This document shows, piece after piece, positions 51,657-64,000 of a stretch of DNA of 64,000 bases (positions are counted from its first letter, which is position 1; each line of letters opens with the position of its first letter). The notes below the pieces were generated by a model, which worked only from the letters and a program-made list of their open reading frames with translations, was not told the DNA's origin and searched no databases. Made by a program: the position numbers and the translations under genes. Location of the stretch: contig NC_043009.1 in the NCBI RefSeq assembly GCF_006345805.1, positions 24,862,001 to 24,926,000 of the forward strand, written 5' to 3'. The DNA is from Octopus sinensis (lineage: Eukaryota).

Positions 51657-53834
51657 AACAAAGATATATGGGTGTGTGCGCATCATATGATGATCAATCG
51701 ATATATATATATATATTTATATTTATGTTTATATATATGTATGTAGACACACACAGACACAATTTTGAAATTGCAGAGATATTCTCAGTTGGTTGAGGTT
51801 TCCCAACTTATTACCATTAAAAACAGAAGGACCCCACCACCACCCGATATTATACTAATCGTAACTATATATTTTTGCATGCGGGAGTATTTTACCCTGG
51901 GGTACATACCCTCATCTCTACTACTGACAACCCAATCCATTAAAGCCAACACCAAACCGTTTAACGTAACCAGCTATATAACACTGACCCATTTTATAAA
52001 AAGCAAGCCCATAAATCAACCAGCCACACATATCACTGAGCTTTTCTTCTTTTTTCTAAAAGTCAAGGCAGCTCATAAATCACGATATTAAACATGCAGC
52101 CAGCCATCCGTCAATCAATCATACCATTGGGTTTGCTTTAAATGCCAAAGGCAGCCAGTCAGCCTTAGTGGGAAATCCAGCCGAGCTTTTAGAGCGTGAG
52201 AAGAATTAGTTCAGGTGGTAGAAACGCCCAATGCTCGCTTAGCATGCAAGAACCACTAGGAACGATATCCGGGTCCTCTACGTCATAATTTCAAGGTGGA
52301 GACATGGTTAAGAAGTTTGCTTCCGTGCCACATGGTTCTAGGTTCAGGCCCACTATCCGGTACCTTGGGTAAGAGTGAATGTAAGACAGAAACTGAAAGA
52401 AGCCCATCGTATATGCGTGTCTAAGTGTGTGTATTTTAGTTTCTCATAGTCCAGCGTCCTGGTTTTTAAATACATCTAACGTTATGAAATGAGCCCGAAA
52501 GATTACTTAGAGTTACAGTGACATGTGATATAAACCTGCCAATTTAATGTACCTTAAGGCATGAAACTATTAGTAACTCTTTTGTAATTGTCTACTTAAA
52601 AGGATAGTTATCTCTCACTGGATGGAGAACATTTTTTGTTGATCCTACCTATAATGGAACTGTATATATATAAAAGTATAGGGGCATTCGTTGCAACGGT
52701 GCACCGCTGCATCCAACAATTTGTAGCCGATTTCCTTCTCTTGGCCGATGACGGCTTTGCACCACTCAGGCGATGACCCTCTAACCCACGGGTCTGTTTG
52801 AGTAGTTGCTGCTGATGAAGGTTTCACAAGGTCGGAGTGCAAATCCTACCACAACCTCTTTTAGTCACCTTTTACAATACACAGACGAAACGATGTGTCT
52901 ATTCTGTGGCATGCCGGTTCCCACAGAACGCAACATGTGTGTGTGTCCTTGCCTGGATATCGCGTGATAGTTATAAATGGGTGTCACCATCATACAAGCA
53001 GTGTAATTTGTTTCCAATTTTGTACAAAAACCTGTCGGGCCAACGGCGAAATAACACATGGCGGTTGGCAACATGTGGGGCACCGATCCGTATAAAATCT
53101 GCATCATATAAACTCATCCGACCCAAGCAAACATGGAAAAGAGGACGCTGAAATAGCTATACCATTTGTCAAAACTATCTAACTATCAGGAATCCTAATG
53201 ACCTCAGTCAAACCATCTAGCTTACCCCTAATACTTAACCCTATCATGCATAATTTTTATATCACAGTTAATACATCAACTAAAACTTCATCGCAATGCA
53301 TGGCGGTAAATTCACCGACACAGTTTCTATTGGCCAAGTAAATACATCGTTATACATTTAAAGCTGTTCCCAATTGACTAAATGCATTAAATATTGTTTA
53401 TACTTTTTATATACAGAGTAAATATATTGTGTTTAAAGTTATTATTCGCATAGTAACTCAGTGGTTAAGCATTATTTACAATGAATAAAAATGGGGAAAA
53501 AGATATCCAAAGAGAAAAGGAATCGAAAAATAAGAAACCTTCATCCAATGATCTGGAAATTGGTAGAAATCTTGAAAAGAGCAGAAGCGAGGTAACCAAT
53601 CAAGAAACGAGGTAACCAATCATAGAACATGTTACCGGTGCCTGTCCAGGAATTCAATATTACAAGCAAAAATATAAAGAAGGTACAGTATGAATTAATC
53701 TTATCGATAATCCTTTTGTCCTTCCATCTTCTTCCCGCTTCAATTCTTGGGAGAGTCATGGGGGCAGAGCCGTCAGGCACCCCCAACAATAAGAAGGTCC
53801 ATCATTACAATATCCGGTTGAATCCTCAAGTGTG

Positions 53835-53935
53835 ACTTAATTACGACTATGGATGTCATCCAACCATCTCATTCTTGGCTTACCTCTGGGTCTCCTGCCG
53901 GTCGATTCGGCTTGAATAGTCATATCACCGATGAA
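53835..53935 (-). pseudogene. RTE-clade LINE 3' fragment
   Basis: Minus strand GRRPRGKPRMRWLDDIHS, the typical RTE ORF C-terminal motif. Confidence 0.55.
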
Positions 53936-54506
53936 TAATAAAATCACGAAAGAGTATGGATAAATACTTCTTTAAAAATGCATTATTATCTTTTTAGAAT
54001 TTTCCGTATCAATTTGTGTGTGTGTGTGTGTGAATTCATTTTCAAAGGTAATTTTGATCTGATTTGATTTACAGGTGTGGCTGTGTGGCAAGAATTTTGC
54101 TTCCCAGTCACTTGGTTCCGGTGTCAGTTCTACGGCAGCTTCGGGACAACCAAAGAACTTTGAGTAGATTTGGTAGGTGGAAATTGAAAGAAGCCCGCCG
54201 TATCTATTTATCTATCATATATATATATATAATAAAAATAAATGCGCCCTTTTAAACCGGTTTCCCGGTTTCAATGGCGTGTGTGTCCCCCAGCTGGACG
54301 GGGCGCCAGTCCATCGCAGCGTTACTCATTTTTGCCAGCTGAGTGGACTGGAGCAACGTGAAATGAAGTGTTTTGCTCAAGAATACAACGCGTCGCCCGT
54401 TCCAGGAATCGAAACTACAACCTTGCGATCATGAGTTTAACACCCTAACCACTAAGCCACGCATCTCCACACACACACACACACATACATACATACATAC
54501 ATATAT

Positions 54507-54556
<50 letters not shown>

Positions 54557-55110
54557 TGTGTGTGCTTGTGTTTGTCCATGATCACCGCTGACCAACTTGT
54601 GGTGGCTTGTTTACGTCCCTGTAACTTATTGGTTCGTCAAAAGGCGCCCGACAAAATAAGTAACCAAGCTTTAAAATAACAAGCAAGTACTAGGGTCGAA
54701 TCATTCGACTAAAAATTCTTGAAGGCAGTGCTCCAGCATGGCCGCAGTCTAATGACTGAAACAAATTAAAGAATAACAAATAAAAGTTAATTATTTTAAA
54801 TTTCTGTTTTGTTATTAATGAAATGAGATGAATTCATCCTTCAACGTTTTTTTTATTTATTTCACAGACATCCATTAACTACAGCTATGCTATCCAAGCT
54901 ATTTAGCTCCACAAATCTAGATAACTACAGCATACCAGCTAATTATCCATCCATTGCAAGCATTAATTGATAAGTTAACTAAAAATAATTACGCGGCAGG
55001 AGAAAGAAAACAAAAATATTAGTCATTTGTATTGAAGCTTCTATATACGTCTAACCATCGACTTAGCAGCATCAAATATTAAAATATTAACAGTGTGGTT
55101 CCTTCATAAA

Positions 55111-55156
55111 TACTTCCCTGATGAGGACGTAATAAAGCCGAAACATGTCAGAAGTA
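55111..55156 (+). ncRNA. Minimal type I hammerhead ribozyme, Penelope-type
   Basis: tacttcc-CTGATGA-gg(acgtaataaag)cc-GAAAC-at-GTC-agaagta. Stem I tacttc/gaagta with a closing C-A mismatch; palindromic ACATGT stem III; weak stem II. Confidence 0.65.
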
Positions 55157-55338
55157 TGTGGCCGTTTGGACTTCTAGAAATGAGAGCTAAATCTCCATCA
55201 AAATCTGCTTTCCTAAAAAGGAAGGAGACCATGGATACGAATCTAGTTTCCTGAATACAACTCTTTGCTTAAAAAAATATGGGCTGGTCATAACTGGAAT
55301 AACTAAGTCTACACAATCAAGGCTCATAAACAGCAAAG

Positions 55339-55557
55339 TACAAAGGGGTACTGAAAAGCTCCCGGCTTTAAGGCGTCGCGAAAGACCTGGTTGGAGGCCC
55401 AATCTCCCGAGTTCTTTTACAGGGCTAAGAAAAACTGAAGGACCTTGTAATAAGTGTGTGAATCTGAGAGGGGAATATGTTTATTCAAATCATAATTAAC
55501 TGATCTTCTGTATTTTCTTTTACTCAAAGCCAAGAACTTTTCAGCACCCCTCGTGTA
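55339..55557. mobile_element. Mariner-type MITE, same family as 47583-47800, opposite orientation
   Basis: TIRs ggggtactgaaaagctcccggcttt / aaagccaagaacttttcagcacccctc; the body is the reverse complement of the 47.6-kb copy. Confidence 0.75.
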
Positions 55558-57334
55558 TGCACACATCTTTCTCCATCGTTTCTCTCTTTTCTCTATATAT
55601 TCTGACAAAGGACAACTTATCCGAAACGTTGATATTTCTTCATTTTCTTTACATAGTATTTAATTGCATTCGATTTTGTTATTTGCGTTTCAAGAGACTA
55701 CTAAACTCATAAATTTACCTTTGTGTTTGAGATAGATATAGAGAGAGAGAGGCGAGGAGCTGGGTAGATAGCCAATTACCAAAAGGAGAAACGACCAGCC
55801 AAACAAGCAAGCAACTGACCAACAATCATCTTTACAAACCAAATAAACGGCAGTAACCAAGCAAGCAACCAACACACCAGCCAGCCAGCCAACCGACCAA
55901 CATGTAATATAACTTAACTTTTTCACATAACTGACTCAGTAAAACAACCTTGTAGTCTCAGTCCAAGGTCTCTTTTTTCTATGACACCAGCACCAGCACC
56001 ACCACCACGAACACCACCATCTGTCTGTCTGTCTCTCTCTCTCACACACATATAAACACGCAATGACAGTTACCACCATAACTGCCACAATTATGACAAA
56101 TGACACTACTACTACTACTACTGCTGCTGCTGCTGGTGCCATATTATCATACAGAGTAGGCCATTGTTTTTACAACACTCCTTTAACAACAATATAATCT
56201 AGTCAAGGCCAAGTTTATGTACACACACACACTCACACGCATACATGAATATACATAGATATGTACCTACATTCATGTATACCGACACACACACACACCT
56301 ATGTCAAGTCCAGAAAATACTATTCCTGGGTCTGCTCATCTTCCACTATGTAAGCCTCTCTACCTCTACTACGAACAATAATACTACCGCTACAGCCAAA
56401 ACCACCACCACCACCGCCGCTACTGCTAACACCAACATCAACCACAATTCCAACACAGGACAGCATCAATATCGTACTAAACTGCTAGAAACTGATTCCA
56501 AAACAGAGATCACTCCTCCCCAAGTAACTTTAGTGCTAGTACCACTTCCATCCACCAGCTTCAACACAAACTACGATGGTGGATGGGGGGTGGAGAATAT
56601 CTGGTGTAATGGGGTCTCTGAGTAGTAGTAGTAGTGGTGGTGGTTTCAAATTTTGGCACAAGGCCAGCAATTTGGAAGGAGGGAGTAAGTTGATTGCACT
56701 GACCCAGTGATGAACTGGTACTTATTTTATTGAACCCCCCACTTCCTGCCGACTCCCACCGAAAGGATGAAAGGCAAAGTTGACGTCAGTGGAATTTGAA
56801 CTCAGAATGTTAAGACGAATGAAATGCCACTAAACATTCGACCCGGCATGCTAACGATTCTGCCATATCATCAGTCAAAAGAGCAGTCAAATCTCTCTCA
56901 AATCACACACCACTACTGTTTAAAAGGAAGGACATATCAGATTATTGAAGTATTAGATAAACTATGTCTGAATAAAAGCAGGGATGGTCATGACCGGAAC
57001 ACCTTTAATCATAGATTTGCTCAGTCAGATGTGCCTTGAGGCTAACCCACAACAACAACGACAGTATTAATCAATGAGGGAACCACTACATTGTCTTTGA
57101 AACAGCTAGAAAGAGCAGTCAAATGCCTATTACTGTCTTACATTAAAAGGAAAGATGCATAGGGTTTATTTAGTCTGAAAAAGAGAAGATGGCCACGACT
57201 GGATTGCCTTGAATAATATTAACAATTATTTATTTAAATAAGCAGAAGGAAAAAAAAATTGAAGAAATATTAAAAGAAAAAAGAAAATAATTCTTTTAAT
57301 GCAAAAAATAATAAAATGAAAAGAAAAGAAAATA

Positions 57335-57740
57335 TAGGCTCTGGCATGGTTTTGTGGTAAGAAGCTTGCTTCCCAACCACATGGTTCTGGGTTCAGTCCC
57401 ATTGCATGGTACTAACAGCAAGTGTCTTCTACTACAACCTTGGGCTGACCAAAACCTTTTGAGTGGATCTAACAGATGGAAACTGAAAGAAGCTTTTTTT
57501 TGTGTGTGTGTGTATGTATATGTGTATGTGTGTCATTGTGTCCCCATCACCACATGACAGCCAGTGTTGGTTTGTGTATGTCCCCATAACTTAGTGGTTC
57601 AGCAATAGAGAGTGACAGAATAAGTACCAGGCTTACAAAATAAATAAATAAATAAAAGAGAAACAGTGTGGGGGGAGAGGGGTTGATCCATTCTTTAAGG
57701 CAGTGCTCCAGCATGGCCACAGCCTAAATGATTGAAACAA
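57335..57740 (+). mobile_element. SINE family 2
   Basis: Same head and tail as 29276-29665. Confidence 0.8.
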
Positions 57741-59445
57741 GACAAAAGATGACCGAAATGAAATTATCAAAATGCATGAGGAAAACAAGACCGAAACACA
57801 TAAAATATTGCCCTCCACAATTATTTTCCCCATTAAATTCCAACGTAATCATCACCAACATCATCTGAAAGGGATCTTTAGATTTTGTTGAAAAATAAAC
57901 TCACTTTCCTGAAAGTTATGAGGAAAGAAAATCGGGGGAAGGGGCAGAGAGGAGAACGCTACATCTCTGTAGTTGTGCCCAATTGATGAGATCACATGAC
58001 TGGCCAGGCTATCAGATGTTGTCGCATATTGCTGGTCACAATGCGTTCTTGCTCATTGTTTTAGCCTTCAAACGATGCCACCCCGCTGGCTAGGTGAGCA
58101 GGCCAGCACCCCCCCCACCACCATTGATCGAACAGGGGACTGGAGCAACATGAAATGAAGGGTTTTGCTCAAGAACACAATGCACTGCCCATTCAGGGAA
58201 TTGAACCCACAGTCTAGCGATCCCAGACTAACCAGTAGGCTATGTGCCTAGTACTAGGCTGTCCAACTGATGTAAGTAAACTAAAGGCAAATTTTCTTAT
58301 TCAACTTTATATTTCTTCAACACCACCCAATGAATATGAAAGGATACTAGGATCAACATAATTTGGTTGATGCTGGATAAAGATTATAATTTGTGGAAAG
58401 CAGCATTACAAATATTTGGACAACTTTTATAATTTCTAGAACTATAAACAAATGCTAAACTACCTCACAGTAAAGTGAAGTGTTGCATTGATCAAGATTC
58501 ATGTCTTTAAAATATTCAGTATTAAAAGAAGCCACAAAACTGCATTTTGATAAAAATATATCAAAACAGGGATTGATAAAAATATTCCACACAGTTTAGT
58601 CATTAATAATTGCTTCCTTTTTAGTAAAAGTAACACAAATCTATCTAAATAAGCAGTTTTTCCAATTATATATACATAAACATGCATCTATGTATATATG
58701 TAAAGGTACATGTATATATATGTAATTTGTGAGTATAGAAAAACAGACACACACGAGCATATGTGTGTGTATAGATAAATCTAAGTAACATGCGATGCCT
58801 TCATTCATAACCTGATCAATTATCAATAGACCCCCCCAAAAAAAAGGAGGGGGGATAAAAGGAAAAAATAATTCCTATCAAATCAAACCAAACAGAGAAC
58901 ACCAAAAGAAAAGCAAGAAGCAAGTCTGATTGAAACTTGCCAAAAATAATAAAACCAATAAATAAACAAATGAATGAATATATAGATAATTAAAAAATTA
59001 CAAACGAGATAAATAAATAAAAAAAATAACAAAGAAAAGCCAAACAATGATTATAATTGCCTAAAAACACATCAATTATAATTATGAACTAATTGACTTA
59101 GTGTCAAATGTTGATTTTGGACACACACACACACAACACACACACACACACACATATTTATGAAAAACAACAATAACAACAGGTGCTCTAATTATCTCAG
59201 GAACCTATAGAAAGTATTGTTACTTATTAAGGTGAAACATCTTCAAGAATTGTAACACAAAAACGTACAGTAGTTTGAATATGTTTGTACTGGATATGTA
59301 TGTGTGTTTGTGTGTGTGAGTGTTTGCATCTATCTATCTATCTATATATATATATATATATATATCCACACATACACGGATATATATACATATCTCCACA
59401 CATACACGGATATATATATATATATATATATATCCACACATACAC

Positions 59446-59480
<35 letters not shown>

Positions 59481-59489
59481 CACACATAC

Positions 59490-59551
<62 letters not shown>

Positions 59552-60109
59552 TCACATATCACACATACATATGCATACACACACACGGCAATGAATGGCA
59601 ATAAAAAATCAATTATTGGTAGATAAAAGATATTTTCTCATTGTTAGAAATATATTTTTAATGATTTATATAGAATTACATTCAAATTAAATAATATGAA
59701 ACTAAAAATTTAAGCGTATAGACACACACACAGACACATATACAAATGTGTGTGTATGTGTATGTACACACATATAGACATGTACAATAATTTATCTACT
59801 TGCTAGAAATAGCAACCAAAACACCCTACTTACTGATTTAAACTAAGGAGATACTGGACAATGACATATAATAAATTAATAAAATGAGTAGGCTGTATCT
59901 GAAAAGGCTTTATTCATTAATCAGCTCATCCAAAGGTATAAGGCAGTAAACAGCACACACACACACACACACGTGTAGCTGTGTGGGAAGAAATTTGCTT
60001 CCCAACCAGATGGGTTTGGGCAAGTGTTTTCTATTATAGCCCTGGGCCAAACAGAACCTAGTGAGTGGATTTTGTAGTATAGAACTGAAGGAAGTCCATT
60101 GTATATGTG

Positions 60110-60455
60110 TATAAAAGGGTAAAGACCTTCTTCAGTCATGAACGACCATGGGATTGCACCTAGAAAGTTCCTTGCCAAGGCACAAGTCCAGGCAAGGTTG
60201 TTTATGGAAGACCAGTAGTCATCCATGCATACCAGCCTCGTTTCTCCACACCACTGAGGTCGTCCAAGAGAAAAGAAAAGAGGCCGATACATCTTGGCAC
60301 CAGTGACATCACAACTCATCTCTACAGCGGAGTGAATTTGAACAACATGAAATAAAATGTCTTGCTCAAGAACACAACACATGGCCCAGTCCGGGAATCG
60401 AACTCACTATCTCATGATTGTGAGCCTGATGCTCTAACCACTGAACCATGCACCT
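60110..60455 (-). mobile_element. SINE family 3
   Basis: Reverse complement of the 27663-27965 unit (cttgctcaagaacacaac...gggaatcgaactc...ctctaaccac). Confidence 0.75.
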
Positions 60456-63400
60456 TCACGTATACATAAGTATATGTGTGTGTGTGTAACAAGTGCATGC
60501 GAACGTTTGTGTCTCTTTGTCTTGACATCACATGAGAGTTGTAAATGAAAGTCCCTGTCATACAAGCAGTGTCATCCGATTCCACTCTTCTGCGGGAAAG
60601 GATGTCTGGCCGTGAGTAAATATCACCATGCTTTGGGAAGGAAACAGGCGAGGGTGGGGGTGAGGAAGGGCATCCAGCTGTAGAGAATGTGCCTCAACAA
60701 ATTCTGCTTAACCCATGCAGTGGAACGTTAAATAGTGATGATGATGATGACGATGGTGACAATGGTAATGATGATGATGATGATAACTATGATGATGGTG
60801 ATGACAATCATGATGATAACGACGACCATGATGATGATGATACACATTCACACACACACACATGTTCACAAATACATGTATAAATTCACACACACACACA
60901 CACACACACACACGTGATAAAGAAGAACTATAATACAAGCTTCCAAAATACATGTCTGAAACTAATTAAACTGAAATAAATTAAATCTTCAATTATAATC
61001 TGTCTTAATTTATTTTATTTTATTTCGTGTTTTTCTTTTATTCAATTTATATTTTCCCCTAAAATATAATTAACTTCTCAACATTGTGTTTTGTTACAAA
61101 TGTGTGTGTGTGTGTGTGTGTATGTGTGTGTGTTGCATAGATGAATATGAATGTGTTTGTATGTGGGTGTGTATTGTGTATGCATATGTAAGAATGTTAT
61201 TTGCTTATTACCCCAGGGTCACCCACAGCTGAATAGTCCTAAGGTCAAAAGCACTCCAGCCATGGCCAACTTATCTATTTAGGAGATATCCTGGGCTACA
61301 TTGTCCCAACAGTGTAGAAAAAAGACACTGAGAGAGAGAGATTTGACTGCTATTTCTAACATCTAATGCAACCACACACATGCTCTTGTACTGTAAAAAT
61401 ATGTGTATAAAGAACCCTCCTGTATATGGAATCCCCTAATTTTGGGGGCTTAAAATTTGGAAAAATGTTTTGTAAGGGATTATAATCCTATCCATGTATA
61501 AGAAACTCCCATATTTTTTAAACCTAATTTTTGACAAAAAAGGGTTCTTTATACACACTAGAATACAGTTTGTATGTATGTGTTTGTGTGTATGTGTAAC
61601 AAGAGAGCCTGTATGTGGTAGTTCTAACTGTTAGAAATAGCAGCCAAAACTGACTCAAAACACAAGCTACCATTTCAAAGCAATAAAGCACAAATTGCAT
61701 TATAATCCAATCTAGAGTACACCATACTAAGAAAAAAATATAAAGAAGCAATGGTCACATTCGGAATACCTTCAATTGCACGTCTGCTCCTCTAGTGCTG
61801 ACCTAGGGTCATATAACAACAAACCCTTCTTCACTCAGCACAACATAAAACCTAAGATGGGGAAGTTTAACTGCAAGTCTGTCTTACAAAGATTTGGACA
61901 ATCTGGTGCAGCCGTGGACACACTGGACAAGGTTGTTTGTGCTGACAATATCTGAGCAAGAAGGTGGCAGCAAGCTGGTGGAATCATTAGCATGCTGAGC
62001 AAAATGCTTAGCGGTATTTTGTCTGTCTGAGTTCAAATTCTGCCAAGGTTGATTTTGCCTTTCATCCTTTCAGTGTCAATAGATTAAGTACCAGTTGTGC
62101 ACTGGGGTCGATCTAATCAACTGGCCCCTTCCCAAAAATTTCAGGCCTTGTGCTTAGAGTAGAAGAGTATCTGAGCAAGAAGAAAAAGGTTTCAAGTTTC
62201 AAGTCAATGTATAATGCAGCAGGGTTTGGAATGATAGTGATAATGTTTGACTGTTTACACTACATGTTTACACTACATGTTTATTTGCATATCAGAAAAT
62301 GGGGTAAACCATTTACATATCAGAATGTGTGCTATAGCCCTACATGGGAATGAAAAATGTGGGGATTGAACCCTCGTTGTTTGGTTCACTATTTACTTAT
62401 AATACTCATTCAGAGCATATACACATTCAGACATCACAACAGCAGCAGCAACAACAACAATAACCACCGCTAAGCTCACTATATATATATAAATGAGGTC
62501 ACAATAAAACACAATAGTTTTGTAATCAAATTTCCACTGAAATACAATGACTTTTGTTTCAATTAATTTAGAAAATTAACAAAGAATTTAGTAAAATAAC
62601 TTCATTATATTATTAAGCTCGGTGTTAAGGTGGCAAGCTGGCAGAATCATTAACACACTGGGCAAAAATGCTTAGGAGCATTTCGTCCATTTTTACATTC
62701 TGATTTTAAATTCCACTGAGGTCGACTTTGTCTTTCATTGTTTCAGGGTCGATGAAACAAACACCAGTTGAACATTGGGGTCAATGTAATCGACTCCCTG
62801 ATTATCCGCCAAATTTTAGGCCTTGTGCCTATAGCAGAAAGGGATTATTAAGCTTGGCGCTTGGAACATAAGTTACCATAAAATTTTGATGGAAGGTTTT
62901 TAATTTGGAACATTAAGAGACAGGGAGATTGCCCCTGTTCTACAGAACCAAGAGCCAGTCTTTGGTTAGTCACAGAACACATAGACTTATAGAATCATAC
63001 AATATTTAACCTTTTTTTGTTACCATATTCCTATTGAAATGCATGCTTTATTTCAATATATTTTGACGACAATGAAGAATTTAAGTAAAATAACTTTGCC
63101 ATTATTAAGATGGTGTTTAGATAATTTTAAAACAGGATGTTTGAATCAGGTTTAGTCTCACACAGGTTGGCAACAAAATATGTATGGTGGATTCTCAATA
63201 CCTGGGGGAGTGATAGGAGTGCCATTATTGATGCAGGAATTACCATAAATAGAGCCACCCCTCTCTTCAGGTCTAGAAACAGAGAGAGAGAGATAGACAG
63301 ACAAACAGAGAAGAGAGAAAAGAATTGATTTTATTTAGTATGTGAATGATCTTAGTTTATCCTTCATTTCAACAATGACCAAGGACGTCACATGGGAGAA

Positions 63401-64000
63401 GAAGAAGATGGGGCAAGAGTTGTCAGGCTGTGACCGATCGGTTTGATGCATGCTCGGAATGCTTTGCTGCAAGGTGTGCCCTTGAGGTCTGCTGGGACTG
63501 AAGGAAAGAGCTTGGCTCTGGACTTGGGCAATCTGCATTTTATTTGTACCCCCTTGATAATTAAAGGATACAAATATATATATAGATAGATTGATAGATA
63601 GATAGATAGATAGATCGATAGATAGATAGACAAACAGACAGACAGACAGATAGATAGATAGACAAATAGACAGACAGACAGATAGACAAATAGACAGACA
63701 GAGAGATACATAGACAGACAGATAGATAGACAGCTAGATAGATAGATAGAGACAGATATAGATAGATAGGTAGATAGACAGAAAGAGATAGATAGACAGA
63801 CAGACAAATAGGAAGGTCAATAAATAGACAGATGGACTTATTAGGCGAAACAGGTAGGTAGAACGAGTGGGGAGAGATAAATAGAGAAATAAAAAGGTAA
63901 GATAAATGTAAACATGAGAAATCCAGGAAACCATAATATATGTGAGCACATGGATAGAAATGTGTGTGAGAAAGAGAGAGAGAATAGTGTGTGTGTTTAT

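Noticed and set aside
52640-53150. Possible restriction-like-endonuclease LINE remnant on the minus strand
   Set aside because: Only vague resemblance (PD..., EVVVGF); too degraded to call without a profile search.
63360-63545. Minus-strand ORF segment LPKSRAKLFPSVPADLKGTPCSK... as an upstream MAML exon
   Set aside because: No resemblance to the Mastermind basic domain, the preceding AG lacks a polypyrimidine tract, and there is no clear donor; more likely a repeat fragment.
391-63949. The numerous 60-240 aa ORFs rich in I/Y/M/C/H/N/L
   Set aside because: They are translations of (TA)n, (CA)n, (TACA)n, (AAT)n, (CAT)n and (GATA)n tracts, open in several frames and on both strands; not genes.

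Overview
AT-rich, microsatellite-dense animal genomic DNA. The SINE families and simple-repeat content look cephalopod (Octopus-like; inferred, not database-checked). There is one 100-N scaffold gap at 23266-23365. I find one convincing protein-coding segment: a 2.94-kb terminal exon on the minus strand (37029-34087) encoding a Q/A/S/H/N-rich protein with Mastermind-like (MAML) motifs. Its N-terminal Notch-binding exon was not found in the window. The rest is repeats: three tRNA-derived SINE families, CR1- and RTE-type LINE remnants, Tc1/mariner pseudogenes and MITEs, Helitron/Helentron-like ends, and Penelope-like remnants with several minimal type I hammerhead ribozymes. Almost all other ORFs in the track are translated microsatellites. 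The main observation is two unrelated-looking ~0.9-1.0-kb elements with terminal direct repeats (4840-5884 and 17873-18763), plus a decayed third relative (about 3430-3730). Each repeat carries the three hammerhead strands in a non-circularly permuted order (stemIII-NUH-stemI, then GAAA-stemIII, then stemI-CUGAUGA), with compensatory changes in stems I and III between families. This suggests a retrozyme-like family with a rewired self-cleaving ribozyme releasing ~700-770-nt units. Stem II is not resolved and activity is untested.
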